Source of the DNA: Candidatus Daviesbacteria bacterium
GTDB lineage: Bacteria; Patescibacteriota; Microgenomatia; Daviesbacterales; UBA10151
Length of the DNA stretch: 64,000 bases
Reading direction: 5' to 3'
Assembly: GCA_028715175.1 (NCBI GenBank)
Contig: JAQUSJ010000001.1
Location: forward strand, 276,550 to 340,549
Every line of letters starts with the position of its first letter. Position 1 is the first letter of the stretch. Under the pieces are notes generated by a model. It saw only the letters and a program-made list of their open reading frames with translations. It searched no databases and was not told the DNA's origin. Below, piece after piece: positions 26,812 through 36,135 of the stretch. Made by a program: the position numbers and the translations under genes.

Positions 26812-28983
26812 ATGAATATAGCCGGACTATCAGTCTTTTTTCCTTGCATTAACGAAGAAGGAAGTATTGAACATATTGTGCGTAAAGCAGAACAGGTCCT
26901 GAAAAAATTAAACCTCAAACACGAAATTATTGTTGTTGACGATGGTTCAACCGACCGGACCGGCCAAATTGCAGATAAAATGGCCCGGGAAAATTCTAAT
27001 ATAAGGGTTATCCATCATCTTAAAAATTTAGGTTATGGAGAAGCCTTAAAATCCGGTTTCTACAGCGCAAAATATGACATTATTGTTTATACCGACGGAG
27101 ACGGTCAGTTTGATTTTTCGGAAGTGGAAAAGTTTTTGGAAAAAATCCGGTACAATGACGCGATTTTCGGGTATAGAATAAAGCGGAAAGACCCGTTTTT
27201 TAGAATACTTTTTAAAAAAGGTTGGAAGCTGTCGCTTTTAACTTTCTTTGGTTTGACTCTAAAAGACGTGGACTGCGGTTTTAAAATGGTTCGAAAAGAA
27301 GTTTTAGAAAAAATACCTCATTTACAATCTTCAAGAGGGGCGATGATAAATGCGGAGCTTGCCATTTTGGTTCAAAAATACGGTTTCAGAATTGCGGAGG
27401 TTGGGGTAAACCATTATCCCAGAATTTCAGGTAAGCCTACAGGAGCAAATTTGAATGTAATTTTCAAGTCCTATATTGATTTATTGCAACTTTGGTGGAA
27501 GTTTAAAGACGCTAAAAGCTTGTTTTTGCTGTTCATCGGGATTTTGATACTTGCGTCTTTTCTGCGTTTTTACAAGCTCGGAGAATATATGACTTTTTTA
27601 GGAGACGAGGGCAGGGATGCCATAGTTATTAAAAATATGCTTATTAATCATCACTTTCCATTGATTGGTCCGCCTACCTCCGTGGGTAATATTTATTTAG
27701 GTCCGCTTTATTATTATATGATGGCTCTCCCTATGCTGATTTTTTCTCTTAGTCCGGTGTCAGCTGCCGGAATGAATGCTTTTTTTGGTGTAATGAGTGT
27801 AATCTTTATTTATTATCTTGGTAAAAGCTGGTTTAACCGGCAGGCGGCTCTCCTGGCAGCCTATTTATATGCCATTTCTCCCGTAACAATTATCTACTCC
27901 AGGTCTTCATGGAACCCTAATCCGGCCCCGTTTTTTGCCCTAAGTTCAATATTTAGTTTGTATAAGCTATTTAAGACAGGTAACTTTTTGTGGCTTATTT
28001 TAACCGGTCTCTCGGTTGGAGCGGCTTTGCAGATGCATTATCTTGCTGTGATTTTAATACCTGTTGTGGTCGTCCTCTGGTTTTATGAAATTTTCAGAAG
28101 GCGTTACAAAAAGTTAAAAATCGAAAAATTGTTTGGTGGAAGTTTATTAGGGATAGCTTCGTTTTTATTTATCATGTCACCCCTTGTTTGGTTCGATCTC
28201 CGGCATAATTTTTTAAACTATAGAGCTATAACAGAACTTTTTAGTTCCGGCAATGCAATTAAGGCCGATCTTGTTGCAAATATTTTAAAGATACCCTCTC
28301 TTTATTCGTACAATTTAATTGGAAGATATATCGGAGGAGAGAATTCTTATCTAACGGTAATTGTATCTTTATTGGTTATTGTCGCACTGGTATATAGATT
28401 TTCGTACTGGCCTAAACTTGCTTTAGCCGTATGGTTGATAGTGGGTCTTCTCGGGCTTACCTTTTATCAACAGAGTATTTATGATCATTATTTGGGGTTT
28501 TTAAATCCTGTTCCGTTTTTGCTTTTAGGGTCCCTAGCTTCAATCCGTATTCCTAAACGGAAGGTGGTAAGATGGTTTATGGTTTCTGTCCTGGTGGTGT
28601 TGACGGTATTTCTAACAATAGTCAACTTTCAAAAAAATCCTCTGCGCAATCCGCCAAATAATCAACTGAAAAGAACTCAAGAAATAGCAAAGTTTATTAT
28701 CAGTCAGGCAAATGGTAAAGATTTTAATTTTGCCTTAATTGCTGAAAGAAATTATGATTCGGCATACCAATTTTATCTTGATATATATGGTCATAAGCCA
28801 AAACAAGTGCCTTTTGATATAACAGAAGAACTATTTGTTGTCTGCGAAGATTCTACATGTGACCCAACTCACAGTGCAAAGTATGAAATTGCCGCCTTTG
28901 GCTGGTCAAAAATTGAATGGATGCAAAATCTTTACGGGGTAAAGATATATAAATTAGTACACAACCCGTCAGGGAAACCATGA
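26812..28983 (+). CDS. Fusion protein: N-terminal GT2 Dpm1-like polyprenyl-phosphate glycosyltransferase + C-terminal ArnT-like GT-C (subfamily A) membrane transferase
   Basis: aa 1-230: LSVFFPCINEEGSIEHIV..VVDDGSTDRT..YTDGDGQFD (GT2). aa ~240-723: LGDEGRDAIVIKNMLINHHFPLIGPPTSVGNIYLGPLYYY.. collinear with 5590-7227 and 9039-10562. 723 aa. Confidence 0.7.
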   Translation: MNIAGLSVFFPCINEEGSIEHIVRKAEQVLKKLNLKHEIIVVDDGSTDRTGQIADKMARENSNIRVIHHLKNLGYGEALKSGFYSAKYDIIVYTDGDGQFDFSEVEKFLEKIRYNDAIFGYRIKRKDPFFRILFKKGWKLSLLTFFGLTLKDVDCGFKMVRKEVLEKIPHLQSSRGAMINAELAILVQKYGFRIAEVGVNHYPRISGKPTGANLNVIFKSYIDLLQLWWKFKDAKSLFLLFIGILILASFLRFYKLGEYMTFLGDEGRDAIVIKNMLINHHFPLIGPPTSVGNIYLGPLYYYMMALPMLIFSLSPVSAAGMNAFFGVMSVIFIYYLGKSWFNRQAALLAAYLYAISPVTIIYSRSSWNPNPAPFFALSSIFSLYKLFKTGNFLWLILTGLSVGAALQMHYLAVILIPVVVVLWFYEIFRRRYKKLKIEKLFGGSLLGIASFLFIMSPLVWFDLRHNFLNYRAITELFSSGNAIKADLVANILKIPSLYSYNLIGRYIGGENSYLTVIVSLLVIVALVYRFSYWPKLALAVWLIVGLLGLTFYQQSIYDHYLGFLNPVPFLLLGSLASIRIPKRKVVRWFMVSVLVVLTVFLTIVNFQKNPLRNPPNNQLKRTQEIAKFIISQANGKDFNFALIAERNYDSAYQFYLDIYGHKPKQVPFDITEELFVVCEDSTCDPTHSAKYEIAAFGWSKIEWMQNLYGVKIYKLVHNPSGKP

Positions 28984-29720
28984 AAAAACTATCAGTTGTT
29001 ATCCCTTCCTATAATGAAGCAGTTAATTTAAAAAAAGGAGTCTTGAGTGATGTAGAAAGTTCTCTACAAGAGTTAAAAGTTGATTATGAGGTGATTATAG
29101 TAGATGACGGTTCCTCGGACGATTCGGTAGATCTGATTAAAAAATATATTTCTCAAAATGAAGATTTTAAGCTGATTCAAAACCCTCATGGAGGAAAAGC
29201 AAATGCTGTGATGACAGGGATGCTGGAAGCTAAAAGTGAAATAGTGCTTTTTACGGATATGGATCAGGCGACTCCCATCAGTCAAGTTGAAAAATTTCTC
29301 CCTAAATTTGAGAGAGGTTTTGATATTGTGATTGGATCCCGTCGCGGAAGAAAGGGAGCGCCTTTAATCCGAAAATTATCGGCATGGGGATTTTCCGTAC
29401 TACGCGGAATAATCTTGGGTCTGCCTTTTAAAGATACGCAGTGCGGTTTTAAGGCTTTTAATAAAGGGTCGGTTTTAAAAATTATTCCCAAAATTAAAAA
29501 CGAATGGGGAGTGGTGCATTTTAAAGGCGGAGCAGTAAATGCGGGATTTGATGTTGAGGTTTTGTATTTGGCCAAAAAATACGGATTTAAGATAGCGGAA
29601 GTTGAGGTGGAATGGAAATATGTAGATACAGAAAGGGTACAGATTATAAAAGATGCTATGGCAGCCGTATATGATATGTTTCGAATCAGATGGAATGATT
29701 TAGCAGGGAAGTACCAGTAG
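28980..29720 (+). CDS. GT2 Dpm1-like glycosyltransferase (soluble, 246 aa)
   Basis: LSVVIPSYNEAVNL..IIVDDGSSDDS..FTDMDQATP and QCGFKAF (GT2_DPM-like motifs). Confidence 0.75.
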   Translation: MKKLSVVIPSYNEAVNLKKGVLSDVESSLQELKVDYEVIIVDDGSSDDSVDLIKKYISQNEDFKLIQNPHGGKANAVMTGMLEAKSEIVLFTDMDQATPISQVEKFLPKFERGFDIVIGSRRGRKGAPLIRKLSAWGFSVLRGIILGLPFKDTQCGFKAFNKGSVLKIIPKIKNEWGVVHFKGGAVNAGFDVEVLYLAKKYGFKIAEVEVEWKYVDTERVQIIKDAMAAVYDMFRIRWNDLAGKYQ

Positions 29721-29748
29721 ACAATTTAAACGGGTAAGTTGGTATAAT
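29718..29748 (+). promoter_or_regulatory. Promoter candidate with extended -10 (TGgTATAAT) immediately upstream of the ArnT-like gene
   Basis: TAGACA 29718-29723, 19-nt spacer, TG 29740-29741, TATAAT 29743-29748. The GTG start at 29755 is only 7 nt downstream (possible leaderless or very short leader). Confidence 0.35.
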
Positions 29749-29754
29749 GTTAAG

Positions 29755-31278
29755 GTGGATTTTTTAGTTAAACGTCGCAGAGGAATTTTAATCCTCATTG
29801 CCTTAATTGCTGTGTATTTTATTCTTAGACTGCCGAATTTGACTTTGCAGCCTATCTTTGCAGATGAGGCGATTTATATCAGATGGGCGCAAGTGATGAG
29901 AGCTGAATCAACCCTGCGTTTTCTGCCTTTATCCGATGGGAAAACCCCGCTTTTTATGTGGGCTATGATTCCTCTTTTCAAATTTATCCACGATCCGCTT
30001 CTGGCAGGAAGAGTTCTTTCTGTGATCTCCGGTTTTTTTACTTTGCTTGGGGTATTTTTCCTATCCAGGAAAATCTATAATACACGGACCGCATTTTGGG
30101 CAAGTTTATTGTATGTGATTACTCCTTATACTGTATTTTTTGACCGGATGGCTCTGGTTGATTCAATGCTGGCTGCTTTTACTGTCTGGTCGGTTTATTT
30201 TGCCGTCTGGCTGGTAAGTAGTTTGAGATTAGATATTGCCATGATCTTAGGTTATTTGTTGGGAGGTGGTATCTTAACAAAAACACCGGGTATGTTTAAT
30301 CTGCTTGTATTGCCTATAACAATAATAGGATTTATTAGAAGAAAGGGAGGAAAAAATGCGCTGATTAAGTTAATAGCCTTATGGGGTGTTGCGATCGGAA
30401 TTGCGCTGGCTATGTATAACATGTTGCGACTCGGGCCAAATTTTCAAATGTTATCTTCAAGGAATATGGATTATATTTTTTCTCCAATGGAGTTAATCGG
30501 CAGACCCTTGGACCCGTTCATCCCCCATTTCAATGATATCGCCGATTGGTTCCCCAAACTTCTAACCTGGCCAATTTTATTTTGTGTTGTGATGGGAATG
30601 ATTTACATAATATACATGATATGGCAACAAATGTTCCGCGGGCCGTCTTTGTTGGGAGGGATAATTTTGCTTTGGGCGCTCATTCCGTTGCTTTTGAATA
30701 TGGCATTTTTGCGAACTTTTACTGCCCGTTATCTTTTTCCTTCGATTCCATTATTTTTGGTGATAGCCGGATTTGGAGCAACAAAAATACTACCGAGGCT
30801 TGCATATATAAGACGCTTCCCTATTCTTCTGATGTTGATAGTTCTTTTGCCTCTTCCATTATATTTTGATTTTTTCTTATTAACTTCGCCCGGGAAGGTG
30901 CCGCTTCCCAAGGAGGAGAGAAAGGGGTATTTTGAAGATTGGACTTCCGGGTATGGATTTTCCGATATCGCAAAGTTTCTTTTGGAGAAAAGTAGAGATA
31001 AAAAGGTTGTTCTTGGAACAGCCGGTTCTTTCGGAACATTGCCTGACGGGATTCAAATTTATCTTGATAAATCAAAAATATCAATAGTAACCAGCAGCGC
31101 TACTATTTCGGCGCAGGTCAGAAATGCCGCAAAAGATAACCTTACCTACTTTATTGGAAACAAACGGGATTTGGAAGGCAGCGCCAGCGATATTGTGCTG
31201 ATAAAAGAATACCCAAAATTGAAGCCATTAGATAATTCCTTGCAAGATGCTACAGTTTTATATCAAGTGCTGCCTTAA
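29755..31278 (+). CDS. ArnT-like GT-C glycosyltransferase (GT83-type motif)
   Basis: First extracytoplasmic loop PIFADEAIYIRWAQVMRAE matches the ArnT 'DExRYxExxxxM' motif. RVLSVISGFFTLLGVFFL and ITPYTVFFDRM follow the second ArnT motif. 507 aa, polytopic. Confidence 0.7.
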   Translation: MDFLVKRRRGILILIALIAVYFILRLPNLTLQPIFADEAIYIRWAQVMRAESTLRFLPLSDGKTPLFMWAMIPLFKFIHDPLLAGRVLSVISGFFTLLGVFFLSRKIYNTRTAFWASLLYVITPYTVFFDRMALVDSMLAAFTVWSVYFAVWLVSSLRLDIAMILGYLLGGGILTKTPGMFNLLVLPITIIGFIRRKGGKNALIKLIALWGVAIGIALAMYNMLRLGPNFQMLSSRNMDYIFSPMELIGRPLDPFIPHFNDIADWFPKLLTWPILFCVVMGMIYIIYMIWQQMFRGPSLLGGIILLWALIPLLLNMAFLRTFTARYLFPSIPLFLVIAGFGATKILPRLAYIRRFPILLMLIVLLPLPLYFDFFLLTSPGKVPLPKEERKGYFEDWTSGYGFSDIAKFLLEKSRDKKVVLGTAGSFGTLPDGIQIYLDKSKISIVTSSATISAQVRNAAKDNLTYFIGNKRDLEGSASDIVLIKEYPKLKPLDNSLQDATVLYQVLP

Positions 31279-31290
31279 TCTTTAAAATTT

Positions 31291-32952
31291 ATGAAAAAAG
31301 CCTTAGTGATTTTTTTCTTTTTAAGTTTTATAACCCTTCCGACTATTTTGCCCTTTTTGTCACTCAAATTTTTTTATACCCAGGATTATATTTTTATAGC
31401 CAGACTGCAACAGATGAGTTCAGCGCTATTTTCCGGCCAATTTCCTGTCAGATGGGTGCCGGATTTAAGATACGGCGAACCTCTTTTTAATTTTTATGCG
31501 CCCCTGCCCTATTACTTGGGGGCAATAATTAAACTGACAGGATTAAATTTTATCTGGGTTGCAAAAATATTATTTATATCCAGCAGTATTTTATCGGCTG
31601 TGACAATGTATATCTTATGTCGCAAACTCTTTAATCGCAAAGCTGCAATCTTAGCGGTTTTTCTTTATACTTATGCTCCTTACAGGGCAGTTGATATTTA
31701 TGTCCGGGGAGCATTATCAGAAGCTTGGGCTTTTGTATTTTTCCCGCTGATTTTTTATGCCTCTCTGCTTTTATCTGAAAAATCGAGCATAAAGAGGATT
31801 TTACTTCTTGTTTTTTCTTTAGCAGGATTATTTTTAACTCATAATGTTGCAACTTTAATGTTTTTACCGTCCCTTTTTTTGTGGTGGATATATCTTGTAT
31901 TAACAAAAAGAAACTGGAAATTAATTTTCCCTAATTTAACCGCTTTAGGTTTAAGTTTAGGCTTAGCCGCATTTTTCCTGCTTCCGGCTTTATTAGAACG
32001 GCAATTTATTCAAACAAAATATTTGATAGTCGGTTATTTTGATTTTCGTGCTCATTTTGTGGCTTTCTCTCAATTTTTTTCAACATTTTGGGGATACGGA
32101 TCCTCGCTTTGGGGACGAGATGATGGTTTATCATTCCAGATAGGACTTATTCACTGGGCCGTTCTTGCATTGGCTTTATTTTTAGGACTCTTCCTTATAA
32201 GGAATAAGCACAATTTCGTTGCCAATAAAAAGTTTTTAATATTTTTGTTATTTCTGGGAGTTAATTTTTTACTCTCTTTATTTTTGCAACATAACAAATC
32301 TGCATTCATCTGGGAAGCAATTCCTGCTATGGCTTTTATTCAATTCCCCTGGAGATTTTTAGCAATCTCAATTTTCTTCGTTGCAATAATTGGCGCAGCA
32401 TTAACAAGTTATTTTCAGGATAAGTTTAAACTGGTATATTTTATTTTGATCATTGCCGTAGTTGTTGCAAACTTTGGATATTTTAGGCCTAAGGAATATG
32501 TTGATGATAGTTTCTTTGATAAATTTTTAAATATAGAGACTATGCGGAAAGGGGTAGATTTGACAAAGGACTATCTACCGATTTGGGTTGCTACTACTGA
32601 TGGTGAAAGGTTCAATACTCCACAAGCAGAAAAGGGTGAAATTACAGTTTCTTCCTTTAAACAAAGTTCAATAAGATTTAATTTTGATGCTAAAGTTTCC
32701 TCAAACGCTTTGATTGACATACCTATTACATATTTCCCCGGTTGGCAAGTTCAAGCAAATAACCAGTTAATCTCTCAAAGCTCTCCTTCGAAAATGGGGC
32801 TTATCAGGTTCGAACTTCCAAAAGGGAGCTATGCAATTAATATTGAGTTCAAAGATACTCCCATAAGAACTATAGGAAATATTATTTCATTTGTTTCGGC
32901 AGTAGCGATTTCGATGTTGTTTCTTTTTAGAAAGAAATATTTAAATGTATAA
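31291..32952 (+). CDS. YfhO-like GT-C family membrane glycosyltransferase
   Basis: FPVRWVPDLRYGEPLFNFYAPLPYY loop; ~13 TM helices; C-terminal extracytoplasmic domain (PITYFPGWQVQANNQ). Paralog of 32945-34654 and 55325-57007. Confidence 0.55.
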   Translation: MKKALVIFFFLSFITLPTILPFLSLKFFYTQDYIFIARLQQMSSALFSGQFPVRWVPDLRYGEPLFNFYAPLPYYLGAIIKLTGLNFIWVAKILFISSSILSAVTMYILCRKLFNRKAAILAVFLYTYAPYRAVDIYVRGALSEAWAFVFFPLIFYASLLLSEKSSIKRILLLVFSLAGLFLTHNVATLMFLPSLFLWWIYLVLTKRNWKLIFPNLTALGLSLGLAAFFLLPALLERQFIQTKYLIVGYFDFRAHFVAFSQFFSTFWGYGSSLWGRDDGLSFQIGLIHWAVLALALFLGLFLIRNKHNFVANKKFLIFLLFLGVNFLLSLFLQHNKSAFIWEAIPAMAFIQFPWRFLAISIFFVAIIGAALTSYFQDKFKLVYFILIIAVVVANFGYFRPKEYVDDSFFDKFLNIETMRKGVDLTKDYLPIWVATTDGERFNTPQAEKGEITVSSFKQSSIRFNFDAKVSSNALIDIPITYFPGWQVQANNQLISQSSPSKMGLIRFELPKGSYAINIEFKDTPIRTIGNIISFVSAVAISMLFLFRKKYLNV

Positions 32953-34654
32953 AATTATTGGTTCACATAAAGAATTTATCATTGGATTGCTGCTGACTTT
33001 GTCTTTGCTCTGGCCGCTTTTCACGGCTCCTTACTTTACCCATCATGATGACGTACAAGTGATTAGAATTTATGAGATGGATAAATGCATTAAAGATCAT
33101 CAAATACCATGCCGGTGGGTGCCGGATTTGGGCGGTTTATACGGCTATCCGATTTTTAACTATTATGCACCCCTGCCTTATTACTTTGGTGAATTGGTTT
33201 ATTTGTTCACTAACAATCTGTTAATTTCGGCAAAGGCAATGTTTATTATCAGTTTTCTGGGATCTTATGTTTTTATGTATCTTTTAGCATCAAAGCTGTG
33301 GGGTAAAAAAGGAGGTTCTCTAGCTGCTGTTTTTTTTGAGTTTGCACCTTACCATGCGCTTGATTTTTACGTCAGGGGAGCGATGGGTGAGTTATGGGGA
33401 TTAATGCTTTTTCCTGCTATCTTTTGGGCTTTGATAAGATTGGAAGAGAAAATAAATATTCTCCGTCTTTTACTGTTGGCAATATCCATTGCTGCGCTCG
33501 TAGTCTCACACAATCTTTCAGCCTTAATCTTTTTGCCACTGGTCTTAATTTGGGCGGCTATAATATTTTTTAGAAGAAAAAATGCCAAATTTTTATGGTT
33601 CTCCTTAGGAGGAATAATTCTTGCTGTGGCTTTATCTTCATTTTATTTATTTCCGGCCTTGTTTGAAAAGAATTTTGTTCATCTTGGAACTACAATTGGA
33701 GGATATTTTTCATATACGGAACATTTTAAGGGATTTAGAAAATTATTCTTGGATAGGTCTTGGGGGTATGATTCATCAATCAGGGAAGTTCCGGGAGGAG
33801 AGAAAGATGGACTTTCTTATCAGATAGGATGGGTACATCTTGCGGGATGGATTTTATCATTGGTTGCGGCAAAGATATTATGGAAAAAGAATAAAAATTT
33901 GAGCATTATAATCGGATTTTCTTCATTTGTGATTTTACTTTCAATTTTTATGATCAATCCAAGATCGGAATTTGTCTGGAAGCTGATTGATCCGTTAAAA
34001 TACCTGCAATTTCCCTGGCGATTTTTGCTGCTTGTGGTATTTTTTATATCATTTGTTTCAGGTAGTATTTTCCTGGCTGATTTCAAGCGCAAAAATGTTT
34101 TGTGGGCATTTTTAATTATTGCGGTTGTTGTTTTTAATTTTTCCTATTTTAGGCCGGCAAAATTTATTAAAACAAATGACGAAAAACGCTTAAGCGGTAA
34201 AGATTGGGATACACAGATAAAGCGTTCAATTTTTGATTATTTGCCTATTTATGCAAAAGAACCGCCGGCAGAACTTGCTACTTCAAGGTACCAAATTTTA
34301 ACGGGCGACAGTCGGATTTTTGATTTTCAAGAGGGGACAAATTGGATTACTTTTAAAACGCAAACGCAGACACACACAATTATCCGCTTATCGCAGTATT
34401 ATTTTCCCGATTGGAAGGTATTTGTAGATCAAAAAGAAGTAAAAGTTGAATATAAAAACAACAGTTTAGGTTTAATGACTATTATCTTGGGTAAAGGCTC
34501 TCATGAAATTACAGCAAGGCTTTATGACACTCAGATTAGATGTCTTTCAAATTTTATCACTTTAATAGGGTTTGCAGTTAGTGCAATATTATTCTTAATT
34601 TCTTTCCAAAGAGTCCGTCGATGGATGTCATATTACAGGAAAAGAATGAATTAA
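32945..34654 (+). CDS. YfhO-like GT-C family membrane glycosyltransferase (paralog)
   Basis: IPCRWVPDLGGLYGYPIFNYYAPLPYYFGE and C-terminal YYFPDWKVFVDQKEV, collinear with 31291-32952. 8-nt start/stop overlap. Confidence 0.55.
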   Translation: MYKIIGSHKEFIIGLLLTLSLLWPLFTAPYFTHHDDVQVIRIYEMDKCIKDHQIPCRWVPDLGGLYGYPIFNYYAPLPYYFGELVYLFTNNLLISAKAMFIISFLGSYVFMYLLASKLWGKKGGSLAAVFFEFAPYHALDFYVRGAMGELWGLMLFPAIFWALIRLEEKINILRLLLLAISIAALVVSHNLSALIFLPLVLIWAAIIFFRRKNAKFLWFSLGGIILAVALSSFYLFPALFEKNFVHLGTTIGGYFSYTEHFKGFRKLFLDRSWGYDSSIREVPGGEKDGLSYQIGWVHLAGWILSLVAAKILWKKNKNLSIIIGFSSFVILLSIFMINPRSEFVWKLIDPLKYLQFPWRFLLLVVFFISFVSGSIFLADFKRKNVLWAFLIIAVVVFNFSYFRPAKFIKTNDEKRLSGKDWDTQIKRSIFDYLPIYAKEPPAELATSRYQILTGDSRIFDFQEGTNWITFKTQTQTHTIIRLSQYYFPDWKVFVDQKEVKVEYKNNSLGLMTIILGKGSHEITARLYDTQIRCLSNFITLIGFAVSAILFLISFQRVRRWMSYYRKRMN

Positions 34655-36135
34655 AGACTATGGATGAAAGCGTTGAACAGATTGATCCGACTAAAGAGCT
34701 GACTACGGAAATTATTAAAACGCGAGCTGTTAAAGGCGCCGCAATTTTGACTGGAAGAATGGTTCTAATGCAGGGAATATCCTTTTTTTCAATGGCTCTT
34801 TTGACAGCCTTTCTTTCCCCGGCAGAATTCGGGGTTTATTTTGTCGTGTCGGCAGTTAAGAATTTCCTGGCTTATTTTGGCGATATTGGTTTTGCTCCGG
34901 CTTTAATCCAGAAACAAGAGAAGCCAACCGATCTTGAATTAAAAACTATATTTACTGCCCAACAGCTGCTTATTTTAATATTATTGGGAATAGGTTTTCT
35001 GCTTACTTTTTTAATACAAAATATTTATAATTTAAATCAGGCAGCAATTTATTTATTTTGGGCACTTCTTTTTTCTTTGTTTTTTTCATCGTTAAAAACG
35101 ATTCCTACTGTTTTACTGGAGAGAAAGTTAGAATTTAATAAATGGGTAATTCCGCAAATCATTGAAAATATAATTTTTAATTTAACAGCCGTAACTTTGG
35201 CCTGGAAAGGATTCGGAGTCACAAGCTATACTGTTGCCGTACTTTTATCCGGTTTCATAGGTCTTTTCGTTACATATATAGTTCAGCCCTGGCTTCCCGG
35301 AATTGCATTTTCGGTTAAATCTTTTAAGTCAATATTAAAGTTTGGCATCCCCTATCAAGCAAATACACTTCTTGCGATGGTGAAAGATGACGGTATGACG
35401 CTTTTTTTAGGAGGGGTATTAGGTCCTTCCGGTGTCGGATTTTTGGGGTGGGCTCAGAAATGGGCTTATGCGCCACTCCGGTTTTTTATGGATCAGGTAA
35501 TCAAGGTGACTTTTCCGGCTTTTTCAAGATTGCAGGATAACAGAAAAGACTTGTCAGACTTAGTTTCGAAGTCTATTTTTTTCATCTGTATTTTGGTTTT
35601 TCCATCTCTCGTGATGCTGGTTCTGGTGACACCCAGTTTAGTGCAGGTAATACCAAAGTATATTAAATGGAGTCCTGCCGTTTTTGCGCTTTCGGTTTTA
35701 ACAATAAATTCCGGTTTGGCAGCAATAACCACTCCATTGACGAATACTCTGAATGCTATCGGCAAAATAACTCTGACTTTTAAGTTGATGATTATGTGGA
35801 CTATATTAACTTGGATTTTTGTTCCAGCGCTTGCTGTGCTTTATGGGGTTAATGGCGCAGCCGTAGGGTTTGCTATTGTCGGATTAAGCTCTGTTATAGC
35901 TTTATATCTGGTTTCAAAACATGTTGATATAAACTATTTGCAAAGTGTTGGAAAACCGGTTCTCGCGTCAATTTTCATGGGAATTTGCGTATTTATTATC
36001 AGTAGTCTTTTTTCCGTGTCTTGGCAGCAGATAATAGGTATGGTTGTTGCAGGTTTGATTTCCTATTCTTTGACTATTTTTATGCTTGAACCAAAGCTGC
36101 CGCTTTTAATTAAAAATCAATTCAGAAGAAAATAA
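34621..36135 (+). CDS. Wzx-like oligosaccharide flippase (MOP/polysaccharide biosynthesis protein family)
   Basis: 504 aa, ~14 TM helices. N-terminal KGAAILTGRMVLMQGISFFSMALLTAFLSPAEFGVYFVV pattern of Wzx/PST flippases. Confidence 0.65.
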   Translation: MDVILQEKNELKTMDESVEQIDPTKELTTEIIKTRAVKGAAILTGRMVLMQGISFFSMALLTAFLSPAEFGVYFVVSAVKNFLAYFGDIGFAPALIQKQEKPTDLELKTIFTAQQLLILILLGIGFLLTFLIQNIYNLNQAAIYLFWALLFSLFFSSLKTIPTVLLERKLEFNKWVIPQIIENIIFNLTAVTLAWKGFGVTSYTVAVLLSGFIGLFVTYIVQPWLPGIAFSVKSFKSILKFGIPYQANTLLAMVKDDGMTLFLGGVLGPSGVGFLGWAQKWAYAPLRFFMDQVIKVTFPAFSRLQDNRKDLSDLVSKSIFFICILVFPSLVMLVLVTPSLVQVIPKYIKWSPAVFALSVLTINSGLAAITTPLTNTLNAIGKITLTFKLMIMWTILTWIFVPALAVLYGVNGAAVGFAIVGLSSVIALYLVSKHVDINYLQSVGKPVLASIFMGICVFIISSLFSVSWQQIIGMVVAGLISYSLTIFMLEPKLPLLIKNQFRRK

